This document shows positions 1 through 9,688 of a DNA stretch of 34,270 bases, one piece after another. Position 1 is the first letter of the stretch. Every line of letters begins with the position of its first letter. The notes under the pieces are model-generated. The model searched no databases, was not told the DNA's origin, and saw only the letters and a program-made list of their open reading frames with translations. The DNA is taken from the NCBI RefSeq assembly GCF_004010195.1, contig NC_057753.1, positions 12,090,846-12,125,115 of the forward strand. The letters run 5' to 3'. The position numbers were made by a program, and so were the translations under genes. The DNA is from Chiloscyllium plagiosum (taxonomy: Eukaryota).

Positions 1-505
1 AGGTGATGATGTTCTGGATGGTCTGGGAGATGATGGTTTGGTGGTGGGAGGTGGGGTCATGGTCAAGGGGGCAGTAGGAGGAGGTGTGCACGAGCTGGCG
101 TTTAGCCTCAGCAGTGTAAAGGTAAGTGAGGCAAACTACTACCGCGCTTCCCTTGTCTGGTTCCGAGGGTGAGAGGTTGGAGTGGGTGAGAGGGGTGGAG
201 AGGTTGAGGCGGCCAATGTCATGGCGGCAGTTGGCAATGAAGAGATCGAGGGCAGGTAAGAGGCCAGCACGGGGTGTCCAGGTGGATGGGGTGCGTTGGA
301 GGCGGGAGAAGGGGTCGTCAGAGGGTGGGTGAGAATCCTGGTTGGAGAAATGGGCACGGAGGCGAAGGCGGCGGAAGAATTGTTCAATGTCTTGCCGCGT
401 GTTGAACTCGTTAATCTGAGAGCGCAGGGGAATGAAGGTGAGGCCTCTGCCGAGAACTGAGCTTTCATCCTCAGAGAGGGGTCGTTCTGGAGGGATGGTG
501 AAAAC
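1..505 (-). mobile_element. Penelope-like element, N-terminal/RT-proximal coding fragment (runs off window start)
   Basis: Minus-strand translation gives VFTIPPERPLSEDESSVLGRGLTFIP...FFRRLRLRAHF and PDKGSAVVV...Y...L...SY..LDHDPT, matching the L.KGL.F.P and DKG..VV motifs upstream of PLE reverse transcriptase. Confidence 0.8.
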
Positions 506-679
506 ACAGCAGGGCTGGGAGCCAGGACCTGGGACCTGGTGTGGGGCTGGAGCTGGGAGTGGGGGCGGGGTTAGGCGTGTTGACGGAGATCGGGGCAGGG
601 GTGGGGTTCGGCGTGGGGGCGGGGTTAGGCGTGCGAACGGAGATCGGCGTGGGGGCGGAGACGCACGCGGCGCGGTCGT

Positions 680-748
680 TGTGCTGCGCTTTTCCAGCAA
701 CACATTTTCAGCTCTGATCTCCAGCATCTGCAGTCCTCACTTTCTCCT
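680..748 (+). mobile_element. PLE terminal-repeat (pLTR) 3' fragment, inverted relative to the adjacent PLE ORF
   Basis: ttccagcaacac...ctctgatctccagcatctgcagtcctcactttctcct is homologous to the arms at 25900-25993 and 28743-28800; inverted terminal copies are typical of PLE insertions. Confidence 0.65.
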
Positions 749-759
749 TAAAACAATAC

Positions 760-1790
760 GCCCCCTAGTTTGAACTTCCCTACTCTGAGGAAAAGATACT
801 TGCTATTCACCTTATCTGTGCCCTTCATGATTATATAAACCTCAACAGGTCACCCCTCCACCTCCATTGGAAAAGGTCTCGGCCTGTCATCACAACTCAA
901 ACCCTCCACTCCCAGCAACATCCTGGTAAATCTTTTCTGAACCCTCACTGATTTTAATGGTATCCTTCCTATAACAGGGCACCCAGAACTCTACACAGTC
1001 CTGACCACCACCCTGCACAACGTCAACATGATGTCCCAACTCTGATACTCGAAGGTCTGATGATTTAAAGCAAGCGTGCTAAACGCCCTTCTTAACCACT
1101 CTGTCGATATGTGATGCAAATTTCAAAGAATAGGTCCCTCTGTTCTACGAGACTCCCCAAGCCCCTACCATTAATTGTATAAGTCCTATCCTTGTTTATT
1201 TCACCAGAATGCAATGCCTCGCATTTATCCAAATTAAACTCCATCTGCCACTCCCCAGCCCATTGACCAAGATCTCTTCTTAGTCTTAGGTAGCTTTCTT
1301 CACTGTCCACTACACCACCGACTTTAGTGTCATCCGCCAACTTCCTATGTTGTCCTAAACCTCCTCTCATCCAAATCATTTACAACCAAAAGTGGGCCCA
1401 GTACTGATGCCTGAGGCGCACCGCTGGTCACAGGCCTCCAGTCTGACAAACAAGCCTCCGCCACCACCCTCTGCCAAGCCAATTATGTATCCAATTGGCA
1501 AGCCTACCCTGAAACCCGTGTGATCTCACTTGACTACCTAGTCGACCATGCCGAGCCTTGTCAAAGGCTTTACTAAGGTCCAAGTAAACAGCGTCTACTG
1601 TTCTGCCCTCATCAGTCATTTTTGGGTGTTAGTTCCTCAAAAGCTGAATCAGGTTTGTGTGACACGATTTCCCGTGCCACCCCTAACCAAGGCTTGCCTC
1701 TCCGAATGCATTTCGGAATCAGCTCCGACAGCCTACCCACCACCGATGCCAGGCTCACCGGCCTACGGTGTCCCAGGCTTCTCCCTATCC
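760..1790 (-). mobile_element. CR1-type LINE ORF2 (RT) fragment, degenerate
   Basis: ORF fragments DAVYLDLSKAFDK and ADDTKVGGVVDSEE...WQMEFNLDKC. Confidence 0.85.
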
Positions 1791-2226
1791 CCCGCATCCT
1801 CTGAACATCGACCCCTGACAAGCGCCCTCAGAATTTTGGAGGTTTCAGTCCGACCTGCATTTATTTCCCCCAAAGGCAGGGCCGAAGCTGTCCAGCCAGT
1901 CTGGGATAAGTCAACCCGTCCGTCGCAGGAATCGGCCCAGTGAGTCTTCAAAGGGGGGTGACGACGCTCACTTACACCTCCTGCCCTGGTCCTTCTGGTT
2001 GGTGGTGGGGGAGAGAGAGGGTTTGGGAGATTCGGGGCCAGTAGTAAAAGGGTCTGAGCTGTGGGTGCCTAAAACCCCTGTCCCTTCAGCACCCTCTGAC
2101 GGCCCCAGCTTTATCATGCCTGCCCTCCCTGCGAAACGGGAGCCTTGCGGAATTGCAGGACGGGTGACCGACAGGTTCACGATCCCGATGAGCTGAGTCT
2201 TTATTTTTGTGAGGGGGGAGGTGGGG

Positions 2227-2567
2227 GTTACAAATCACCCAACACCAGGTTATAGTCCGACAGGTTTAATCGGAAACACTGGCTTTGGGAGAGACGCTCC
2301 TTCATCAGGGGGGTTGTGGAGAATAAGATTGTAAGACACGGAATTTATAGCAAAAGTTTACAGTGTGATAGAACTGAAATGACATATTGAAAGAGGCCGG
2401 ATTGCGAGTTAAACTTTCGATATGTCATTTCTGTAAACTTTTGCTATAAATTCCGTGTCTTACAATCTTATTCTCCACAACCCCCCTGATGAAGGAGCGT
2501 CTCTCCCAAAGCTCGTGATTCCGATTAAACCTGTCGGACTATAACCTGGTGTTGGGTGATTTGTAAC
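2227..2567. repeat. Fold-back inverted repeat of PLE terminal sequence (~137-bp arms) with degenerate hammerhead motif in each arm
   Basis: 2227-2363 is the near-perfect reverse complement of 2431-2567; CTGATGA-a-ggag-cgtct-ctcc-cAAAGCTC at 2486-2514. Confidence 0.85.
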
Positions 2568-2693
2568 TTCGTACACACAAAGACAGGTCGCGAACCTGTT
2601 CATCTGCCTTGGAGGGGGTGGGTGGGGGATCGAAATTAGCCCACGGGAAGATGCTGAATTGTTACACACACACACACACCCCAAAAAAAATGA

Positions 2694-3056
2694 TTTGGAG
2701 AGGCCGGTGTTGGACTGGGAGGGTGTGTGTGTGTGAGTACAAAGTTAAAAGATCACCCAACACCAAGGTTATAGCCCGACAGGTTTAATTGGAAGCTGCT
2801 CCTCGGACGCTGCCCTTGAACTGCTGTGCTTTTCCAGCACCACTGACCCAGAGTCTGGTTTCCAGCATCCGCAGTCATTGTTTTTAACCCCCTTTAATCG
2901 GAAGCAACACTAGCTTTAGGAGCGACGCTATCAAGAGATGAAGGAGCGTCTCTCTCAAAGCTAGCGCTTCCAAATAAACCTGTCGGACTGCAGCCTGGTG
3001 TTGGGTGATTTGTAACTTTCGTGCAGCCCCCCCAGTCCAACACCGGCCTCTCCAAA
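2694..3056. repeat. Second palindromic PLE-terminal element, with a fragment of another PLE family inside (~2796-2886)
   Basis: Perfect 26-bp terminal inverted repeat tttggagaggccggtgttggactggg / cccagtccaacaccggcctctccaaa; inner arms homologous to 2227-2567. Confidence 0.8.
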
Positions 3057-3059
3057 CCC

Positions 3060-3090
<31 letters not shown>

Positions 3091-3261
3091 GTTGTTGTTT
3101 GACACTGGGCTTCCTTCCTTTTCTGTTTTAACTCAGCTTTCGCCGGGTGTTTGAGGAGGAGGAGGAGGAGGAGGAGGAGGATTTGCAGCCTGGGAAGCCG
3201 AGCCCATCCCCTCTCGCCCCCATCCGCGGTGCGGGCGGAGCCGAGCGCGACCGGGCGCAGC

Positions 3262-3795
3262 ATGGAGCGGCACCGGCGCAGCCCCGCCGGCCGGCGGCCG
3301 TTCGCCTGCCCCGAGTGCGGCCGGGGCTTCGCCCTGCCGTGCAACCTGCTGGCCCACCGGCGGGTGCACTCGGACGAGCGGCCGTTCCGCTGCCCGGACT
3401 GCGGCAAGCGCTTCAAGAGCGCCGGGGAGCTGAGCCGGCACCAGCGGGTGCACACCGGCGAGCGGCCGTTCCGCTGCCCGGACTGCGGCGCCGGCTTCAG
3501 GCAGCCGTCCGACCTGACCGTGCACCGGCGGGTGCACACCGGCGAGCGGCCGTTCCGCTGCCCGGAGTGCGGCCGGGGCTTCACCCAGCTGGCCAACCTG
3601 CTGACCCACCGGCGGGTGCACACCGGCGAGCGGCCGTTCCGCTGCCCCGAGTGCGGCCGGGGCTTCACCACCCTGGCCAACCAGCTGGAGCACCGGCGGG
3701 TGCACACCGGCGAGCGGCCGTTCCGGTGCCCGGCGTGCGGCCGGGGATTCGCTCACTCGTCCACCCTGGTGCGGCACCAGCGAGTGCACCGGTGA
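3262..3795 (+). CDS. Tandem C2H2 zinc-finger protein, 6 fingers (ZNF-A)
   Basis: Six CxxC-x12-HxxxH fingers with TGERPF/SDERPF linkers; strong-context agcATGg at 3262; pyrimidine tract plus AG acceptor at 3135-3136 with the frame open from there, so an upstream coding exon cannot be excluded. Confidence 0.9.
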   Translation: MERHRRSPAGRRPFACPECGRGFALPCNLLAHRRVHSDERPFRCPDCGKRFKSAGELSRHQRVHTGERPFRCPDCGAGFRQPSDLTVHRRVHTGERPFRCPECGRGFTQLANLLTHRRVHTGERPFRCPECGRGFTTLANQLEHRRVHTGERPFRCPACGRGFAHSSTLVRHQRVHR

Positions 3796-3886
3796 GGCCG
3801 CTGGCACTGGCGACGGGATCACCGCGGTTCGACCCCTGCGTGACGTTACGCTCCTTGAGTTTCCCCGTGCTCTGGACAAAAGCCGA

Positions 3887-3892
3887 AATAAA
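3887..3892 (+). promoter_or_regulatory. Putative poly(A) signal of ZNF-A
   Basis: AATAAA ~90 nt after the TGA stop, with T/GT-rich sequence downstream. Confidence 0.55.
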
Positions 3893-4748
3893 TCGCTTTC
3901 AAACATTTCGAAGAGGTGCCCGTCCAAGTCTGTCGCCCCGTGTGCATTTGTTCTCAAGTCGGTGCCTCTCTCTCCTTGGTTTCCGACGTGTGCTCATGCA
4001 GGAGGGTCTTGCGGGCTTCTTAATCCCTCCACGTCCCTCCAATCAGCTGTCCCTTCCTTTCCCCAAACCCACTGGGCCAAACCTCCTCCAAATCTCCCGT
4101 TTCACTAGGCTCTGAAATTTGCACGTTTCTGTCTTTTCTTTCTCCCAACCCCAATTCTCTCTCAGCAACTCTGTTGTCCCTGGGAGCCACCTGACCACTC
4201 AATCCCATTCCAACTGGACCCCACGAGTGCACAGCAGAAGGAGGGATGGAAAGAAGGTACAAATTCGCCAGCTCTGCACCGGGCAGCTACCAAGTCCTGA
4301 ATCCCGTGCCCGAGACTCCACAAGGTGTTGCAAAAAACCTCCCCTTGGGCCGGTGACTGGCTCCATCCCGCCCTCCTGGCTGTAGGCATGACAAACATGT
4401 GGCTGCGGAAGGGATGGCCGGCACTGCGGGTGGTCCACGTGTACACATGCAAAGACACGACAGCACTGCCCACATGCACTGGTCTGTCGACTGCTGGCTG
4501 TGCCCTGACCATGCTCTGGACTGAGGACGGAAACTGAATGTGGAGGAAAGAGATGGAGGGGTGCGTTTAGATTTCAGCCCAGGGAGGAGGGATGACGTGT
4601 TGTGTCGAACAGGGATTTGCAGCTTTGGGGAAACAAGACATGGCGGGAGGGAGGAGGGGTGGTGGGTGAAGAAAATGTTCCGTAGAAACTGAAATTGTCT
4701 GAATTTGTATCCTGGGCTGACTTGTGTTGACCTTTGTCCTTTTTGCAG

Positions 4749-5330
4749 GTCAGTAAAGACTCAAACCAAACGTCGCAACAGAGTCAGTCAGTCAGTTCAT
4801 CAGAACCTGATATATGGTTCTGCCTCGGACAGCGGAAGGTGAAGTGCTTCCCTGTTCTGTCTCAGCGAAAAAGGTTTTGAGTATTTGGCGAGACTGGAAA
4901 AGCGTGCATGCACCCAAGTGAGAGTGAACCCACTGTAGAGAGAGCTACAGCGGCCTGAGAAACATCAAAACATTCACATGGTTGGTTGGTGGGTGGGGGA
5001 GCCGTCGGTGTGTTTTGTGTGTGGATGGGGCCCAACTGGTTATTACCCCTGGGAACCAGGAGGACACCCACCCACCCCGTGGAGAAACGCGTGGACTGTG
5101 GGAAAGGATTTAATTGCCCGTCCCAGTTGGAAATCCACCAACACCCGCACGCACACCGGGGCGAAGCCGTGCTCCTGTTCCGTGTGCGGTAAAGGATTTA
5201 CTCAGGCAGCCTCCCTCACGTTACACCCAGCGGGTTCACACCGGGGAGAGAACCGTTCGGCTGCCACCGCGTGTGGGAAAGCATTCACCAGGTCCTTCAA
5301 CCTGTCGGCACCTGTGCGTGTTCACAAGTG
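4749..5330 (+). pseudogene. Frameshifted C2H2 ZNF pseudogene exon (ZNF-B)
   Basis: Acceptor ttttgcAG at 4747-4748; finger remnants spread over three frames ([59 protein letters not shown]); 3' UTR-like block 5330-5460 similar to 23410-23548; AATAAA at 5543-5548. Confidence 0.8.
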
Positions 5331-6419
5331 ACTGCTGGAGGCCAGGCTCTGCTGTTATTGATGCTGTGAATCACATCCAGGATTTAGAGTCTGACAATAC
5401 TGGGTTTGCTTCTTCTGATGTGAACAACCCCGTAAGAAGCTGGAATTTAATTTCTGGTTCCAATATCCCCCCACCCCTCCTTTTTTTTTTACGTACACTG
5501 CCACATGCAGTCCTTTCCCTTCGCTCAAGAAACCTCGTCCAGAATAAATCTTCGAACTTTGACTTCGATCTGAAATCGGCCTTTGGTGCAAAATCTGCAA
5601 CTCGGTGTCTGAAAGGTTCCACTGACGAATGTCTCCAGTTAAGTTGATTATCCCTTCCCGCCAGTTCCTGCACATCCCGTCACTGTGGCACCTCGATCAC
5701 AAGGTTATATTGTCAAGGAACATGAAACAGAACGGCGAAATATTCCACCGGCACATCAATAAATGCTGCGCCAGTCGACATTGATATTGAAGAAGTGTCG
5801 AAGTTGATGAGTTCAGTCAGTCCAGCCAAACTGCACAGGCGCAGAAATTCCCAGCTACTGCTGCAGCTTCATGACCTCCTGCTCGTCAAGATGGGGTGTT
5901 GGGTGCCCCTCGGTTTGAAAGGTGATGTCTGAATTTCAAACTGCACATCTTTAAGCGAACAGCGCAGGAACTTAATGACCCCTCCTGTACCCAAGGCTCA
6001 TGGCTTGTTTCCCTCCCGTACCTGTAACATGTGTATCTTCGCCGTCAGTGCCAGGAAAATAGGCCACGGGACAGGGTGGCACACCCTTCACCTCTGACTC
6101 CACTGAATAACACCTCACTGGAAGAGGTCAGCAGATTCGAGCTGCGACCATGTTTGGCTGATCCTCAAATTGTGGGTCCTTGTCAGCCAGTGCCGACTGC
6201 TCGAGCTCAAGCATTGAGCCCATTTGCAGGACGGAAGGTGGTCACGTTCCCAGGATTTTCTGTGTGGGAGGCTGTAGGATCAGCAACATGTCTAAACCCC
6301 TGCGCCAAGGATGCTTGCGAGCCTGATGTGAAGGCCCAAAGTATCGACTTTCACACCCTTGGAGACACTGACTGACAACCGAGGAAAGTGGCAACATCAC
6401 CTGTGAGGCATGCGTGTGT

Positions 6420-6520
6420 CTGACTGACTCTGTTGCGATGTTTGGTTTGAGTCTTTACTGACCTGCAAAAAGGACAAAGGTCAACACAAGTCAGCCCAGG
6501 ATAGAAATTCAGACAATTTC
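6420..6520 (-). repeat. Inverted duplicate of the ZNF-B intron/exon boundary (4691-4791)
   Basis: 101 bp reverse complement with 2 mismatches by eye. Confidence 0.9.
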
Positions 6521-6819
6521 AAACATGTGCCGATACCAAAGACAACATCTTCCTACAATGACATCTGAAAACGATTTCACATGTGGCAGAACCTGCCTCT
6601 TGCAGATTGGCCTCTTTCGACATGAATAAAAGCATTGCAGGTGTCTCATCTTACGGGAATGAAAATATGATCGGCAGAATATCGCCATCACGTGGTATAG
6701 ACACGTTGCTGTGATCTGTCTGCTGACTTGCTCCGCTATCTCATTCTGTCCAATCATTTTCAGCCCTGTAAAATATCCGTAGCTTTCAAATCAGAAATTT
6801 CTTAATTCTGAGCTCAAAT

Positions 6820-7310
6820 TTTGGTCAGGCCACATTTAGAGTATTGCATTCAGTTCTTGTTCACCACAAGACAGGAGGATGTGGTCGCTTTGGAGAGGGT
6901 GCAGAAGAGGTTGACCAGGATGCTGCTGGGGTGAGAGGGTATGAACAATATGCAGAGGCTAGAAAAACCTGGGTTGCTTTCTCTGGAGCTACAGAGGCTG
7001 GGGATAGACTTGATAAGCGTCTGTAAAATTATGAGATGCAGAGATAGGGTTGACAGTCAGAGCCTTTCTTCCGGGGTTGAAATGTCTAATCTTAGGGGGC
7101 ATGTATTTAAGGGTGGGGGGGGGGGGGGGAGTGTTTTACGCAGAGTGATAGGAGTCTGGAACGCAGATACAATAGGAGCATTTAAGGAACTTTTAGATAA
7201 GCACATGAATATGCAAGGTATGGAGGGATGTCAACTAAGGATAGGAAAAAGGGATTAGTTTCATTTGGCATTACATTTAGCACAGCATCATGTGTGCAGT
7301 TCTATGTATT
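6820..7310 (+). mobile_element. CR1-type LINE 3' fragment
   Basis: LVRPHLEYCIQF...LERVQKR...GLLSLE..RL..DLI motifs plus 3' tail. Confidence 0.8.
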
Positions 7311-7807
7311 CTAAATCAATTCTGTCCTTGCATTTTCACTAACATCGTTTCTATTGAACAAGACAATATATCTTTTAACCAGCACTGCCACCCATATTCT
7401 TTTTTTTTCTGAACACTCGATATCCTAGAAAAGTCATTACTCAGTCGTCCTATTTTGTCTCTTCCCTTTTGATAATGCTGCACACAGCCATATTCCCACA
7501 TAGCTATTTATGCTTGTAGCTTCTAACCCTACTTTATGTACTTATGTTCGGGTATTTTGAGGGGTGAGACCTGGCAAAGGCATAATGGACTGATTGACTT
7601 CCTTTGTGTTGGAAAATTTTGACCCACTCACTGAGCCTTTTCTCAACCATCCCTTTGACTTTGACATCCTTCCTTGGTGTATGATACCATAAACCTGGAA
7701 CAATATTCTTACCGCAGCCAAAGCAATGATTTACCAGTTTGCTTCACAAGTGTAGGGTAATGGGTCCAAACACTATTTTAAACTTATAACCAACCCCACA
7801 GATCCGT

Positions 7808-8040
7808 GAATGCTGGAGATCTGAAACAAAATCAGAAATTGCTGGGAGAACTCAGCAGCATCTGTTAAAGGGCAAGTGGAGTTAACATTTTGGGTGAATT
7901 TCTGATTTTAAATATTTTAATACCTGCCGAGATAACATAGTTCTGAAGAAGGGTCACTGGACCCGAAGCGTTCACCCTGCTTTCTCGCCACAGATGCTAT
8001 CAGACTTGCTGAGTTCCTCGAGCAATTTCTGATTTTGTCT
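7808..8040. mobile_element. Inverted pair of PLE terminal fragments (third family) with degenerate hammerhead
   Basis: acaaaatcagaaattgct...ctcagca versus tgctgag...agcaatttctgattttgt; agttCTGAAGAagggtcactggacccGAAGcgtt at ~7939-7972. Confidence 0.65.
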
Positions 8041-8199
8041 AACATTTTAAACTTGTCCTGCAAGCTGAAGTCTTTGCGTGCGTAAAACCCTTGTAACGTG
8101 GCTAAAATAAATCGAGGTAAAGTGTCTGACACTTTGTGTATGATGCTCATTGCACACACATATCCACGTATAAATCTGGACGCTGCAGCCTCTCATTTT

Positions 8200-8740
8200 G
8201 TTCCTCAGACTGCGCTACCGGTGTAATCTCCTCCACACACACAGAAAGGATGGTCAAAAATGGAGGCGGAGGCGTGAGATGGCGGGTCTATTACCCGTCG
8301 TGCCCCGCGGCGGGGAAAGCCCTGCATGCTCGGCAGCGGGTGCCCGTACGCATGCGCGACGCCGGGAAAGAAGGGAGGGAGGGAGAAGAGGGGTGGCGCC
8401 GGGCATGCGCAGACCGGGCGATGGCGATGGCGACGGCGAATCGTTTGTTAGTGTCTGTGCGGCTGGTGAGTGGCAGCGGAAGCCGAATAACAGGCCGGTG
8501 GGGGTGGGGGGGAAAGGGTCCGTTAACGCCCGGTGCAGGCTTCAAGCGCCGAATATTAGATCCGCGGTGCTCGCCTTTGCCTCTCCGAGGATTTTTGTTT
8601 TTCTCTCTCTCCCGTCCCCTCCCCATCTCCGTTCCTGGTGACCGGATCCGGCGGTTACCGGCGCCATTTTGTTGCCGCGCGCGGTGGGGCGGCGGATGTG
8701 TGCGCATGCGCCGAGGTCTGGGGAGTGACGTCAAGCAAGG
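8200..8740. promoter_or_regulatory. CpG-island promoter with probable non-coding first exon ending at 8465 (+)
   Basis: Dense CpG; NRF1-like GCATGCGC at ~8350, ~8403 and TGCGCATGCGC at 8701; YY1-like AAAATGGAGGCG/AGATGGCGG (~8257-8285) and CGCCATTTT (~8662-8670, opposite orientation); CRE TGACGTCA 8726-8733; donor GTGAGT 8466-8471. Confidence 0.75.
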
Positions 8741-8776
8741 AGAGGAGACCATTCAGCCCCTCGAGCCTGCCCCACC

Positions 8777-8846
8777 ATTCAATCCTGGTCATGTTTGTTT
8801 TGTGCTCATATTTATGAGCACAAAACAAACATGACCAGGATTGAAT
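8777..8846. repeat. Perfect palindrome, 34-bp arms with 2-nt spacer
   Basis: attcaatcctggtcatgtttgttttgtgctcata-tt-tatgagcacaaaacaaacatgaccaggattgaat. Confidence 0.95.
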
Positions 8847-8906
8847 ATATATATAAAATATTATATTTTTAAACAAATATATATATAATATTATATTTTT
8901 AAACAA

Positions 8907-8937
<31 letters not shown>

Positions 8938-8971
8938 TATTTTTAAACATATATATATAATATTATATTTT
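8844..8971. repeat. AT-rich minisatellite, about 4 units of (AT)n-aatattatatttttaaaca
   Basis: Directly visible tandem units. Confidence 0.9.
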
Positions 8972-9082
8972 GTCCCAGCGCCCACGTTGTGTGCGTGCAG
9001 TTAAAGACTACAGGTCTACAAATCTTTATTCAATTCCCACCACCAGCAAGAGAGCAAACACCCAAGTGGCCAATGTGTTCAG

Positions 9083-9158
9083 ATCAGAGTAGGTGCTGGA
9101 AAAGCACAGCATCCGAGGAGCAGGAGAATCGATATTTCGGGCAAAAGCCCTTCATCAA
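9083..9158 (-). mobile_element. PLE terminal fragment with degenerate hammerhead
   Basis: Minus strand reads tTGATGAagggcttttgcccGAAAtaTCgattctcctgctcctcggatgc, same family as 25862-25993. Confidence 0.7.
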
Positions 9159-9429
9159 GTGGGCCAGTGACAGGCAGTGCCCTCCCCATCAAAGGGGAAT
9201 GCTGTGTGGTCAAAAAAAAAGTGAAGTGAAGGGAAGGGAAGGGCAGGGATTAAGTCATAATGGAGTTGCAGGGGGAAATAAAGGACTCTGCTCCCTGTGG
9301 TGCCCCCCACCCCCACCCCCACCATTCAATACAGTCACGGCTCAACTCACCTCACCCTCAACGCCCACTTTCCATAAACCTGCCAACCTATTGCTGATTA
9401 AAAGTCTCTCCACCTCCTCGTAGAATTCC

Positions 9430-9688
9430 CATCGTGTGGATGGAGGCAAGCCATTTGGCCCATCGAGCCCACCCCAACGCACCGAACAGCCTCCTACTGC
9501 CCACGCTTCACCTAATGCCCCCTGGGCCTGCACATCCCTGGGGAGTACCAGGCAATTTAGCAATGGCCAATGCATCCATACCTGCGTGCCTTTGGATCTT
9601 GGGAGGAAACTGGAGCACCCAGAGGAAACCCACACAGACACGTCGGTGGGTGGGGGTGGAGGGAAGAATGTGCAAACTCCACACAGGG
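9430..9688 (-). mobile_element. HE1-like V-SINE, body and tail portion
   Basis: Reverse complement of the V-domain gtgtggagtttgcacattct...gtgggtttcctctgggtgctccagtttcctccca, homologous to 16170-16470. Confidence 0.75.

Noticed and set aside
3153..3181. (GGA)n read as a poly-Arg or poly-Glu N-terminus
   Set aside because: It lies upstream of the first in-frame ATG (3262) and the ORF-track starts are non-ATG; more likely a 5' UTR microsatellite unless an upstream coding exon exists
3300..3790. 84-bp periodic repeats with variable interiors, superficially CRISPR-like
   Set aside because: Period equals the 28-aa C2H2 unit; eukaryotic context and no cas genes
2961..4115. Long overlapping antisense and alternate-frame ORFs (248, 274, 322 aa) over ZNF-A
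   Set aside because: Expected shadows of a repetitive, extremely GC-rich finger array that lacks stop codons in other frames; no independent domain signal
8136..8834. 232-aa, 147-aa and 153-aa ORFs across the CpG island
   Set aside because: Low-complexity Arg/Gly/Pro translations typical of CpG islands; promoter motifs and a splice donor explain the region better
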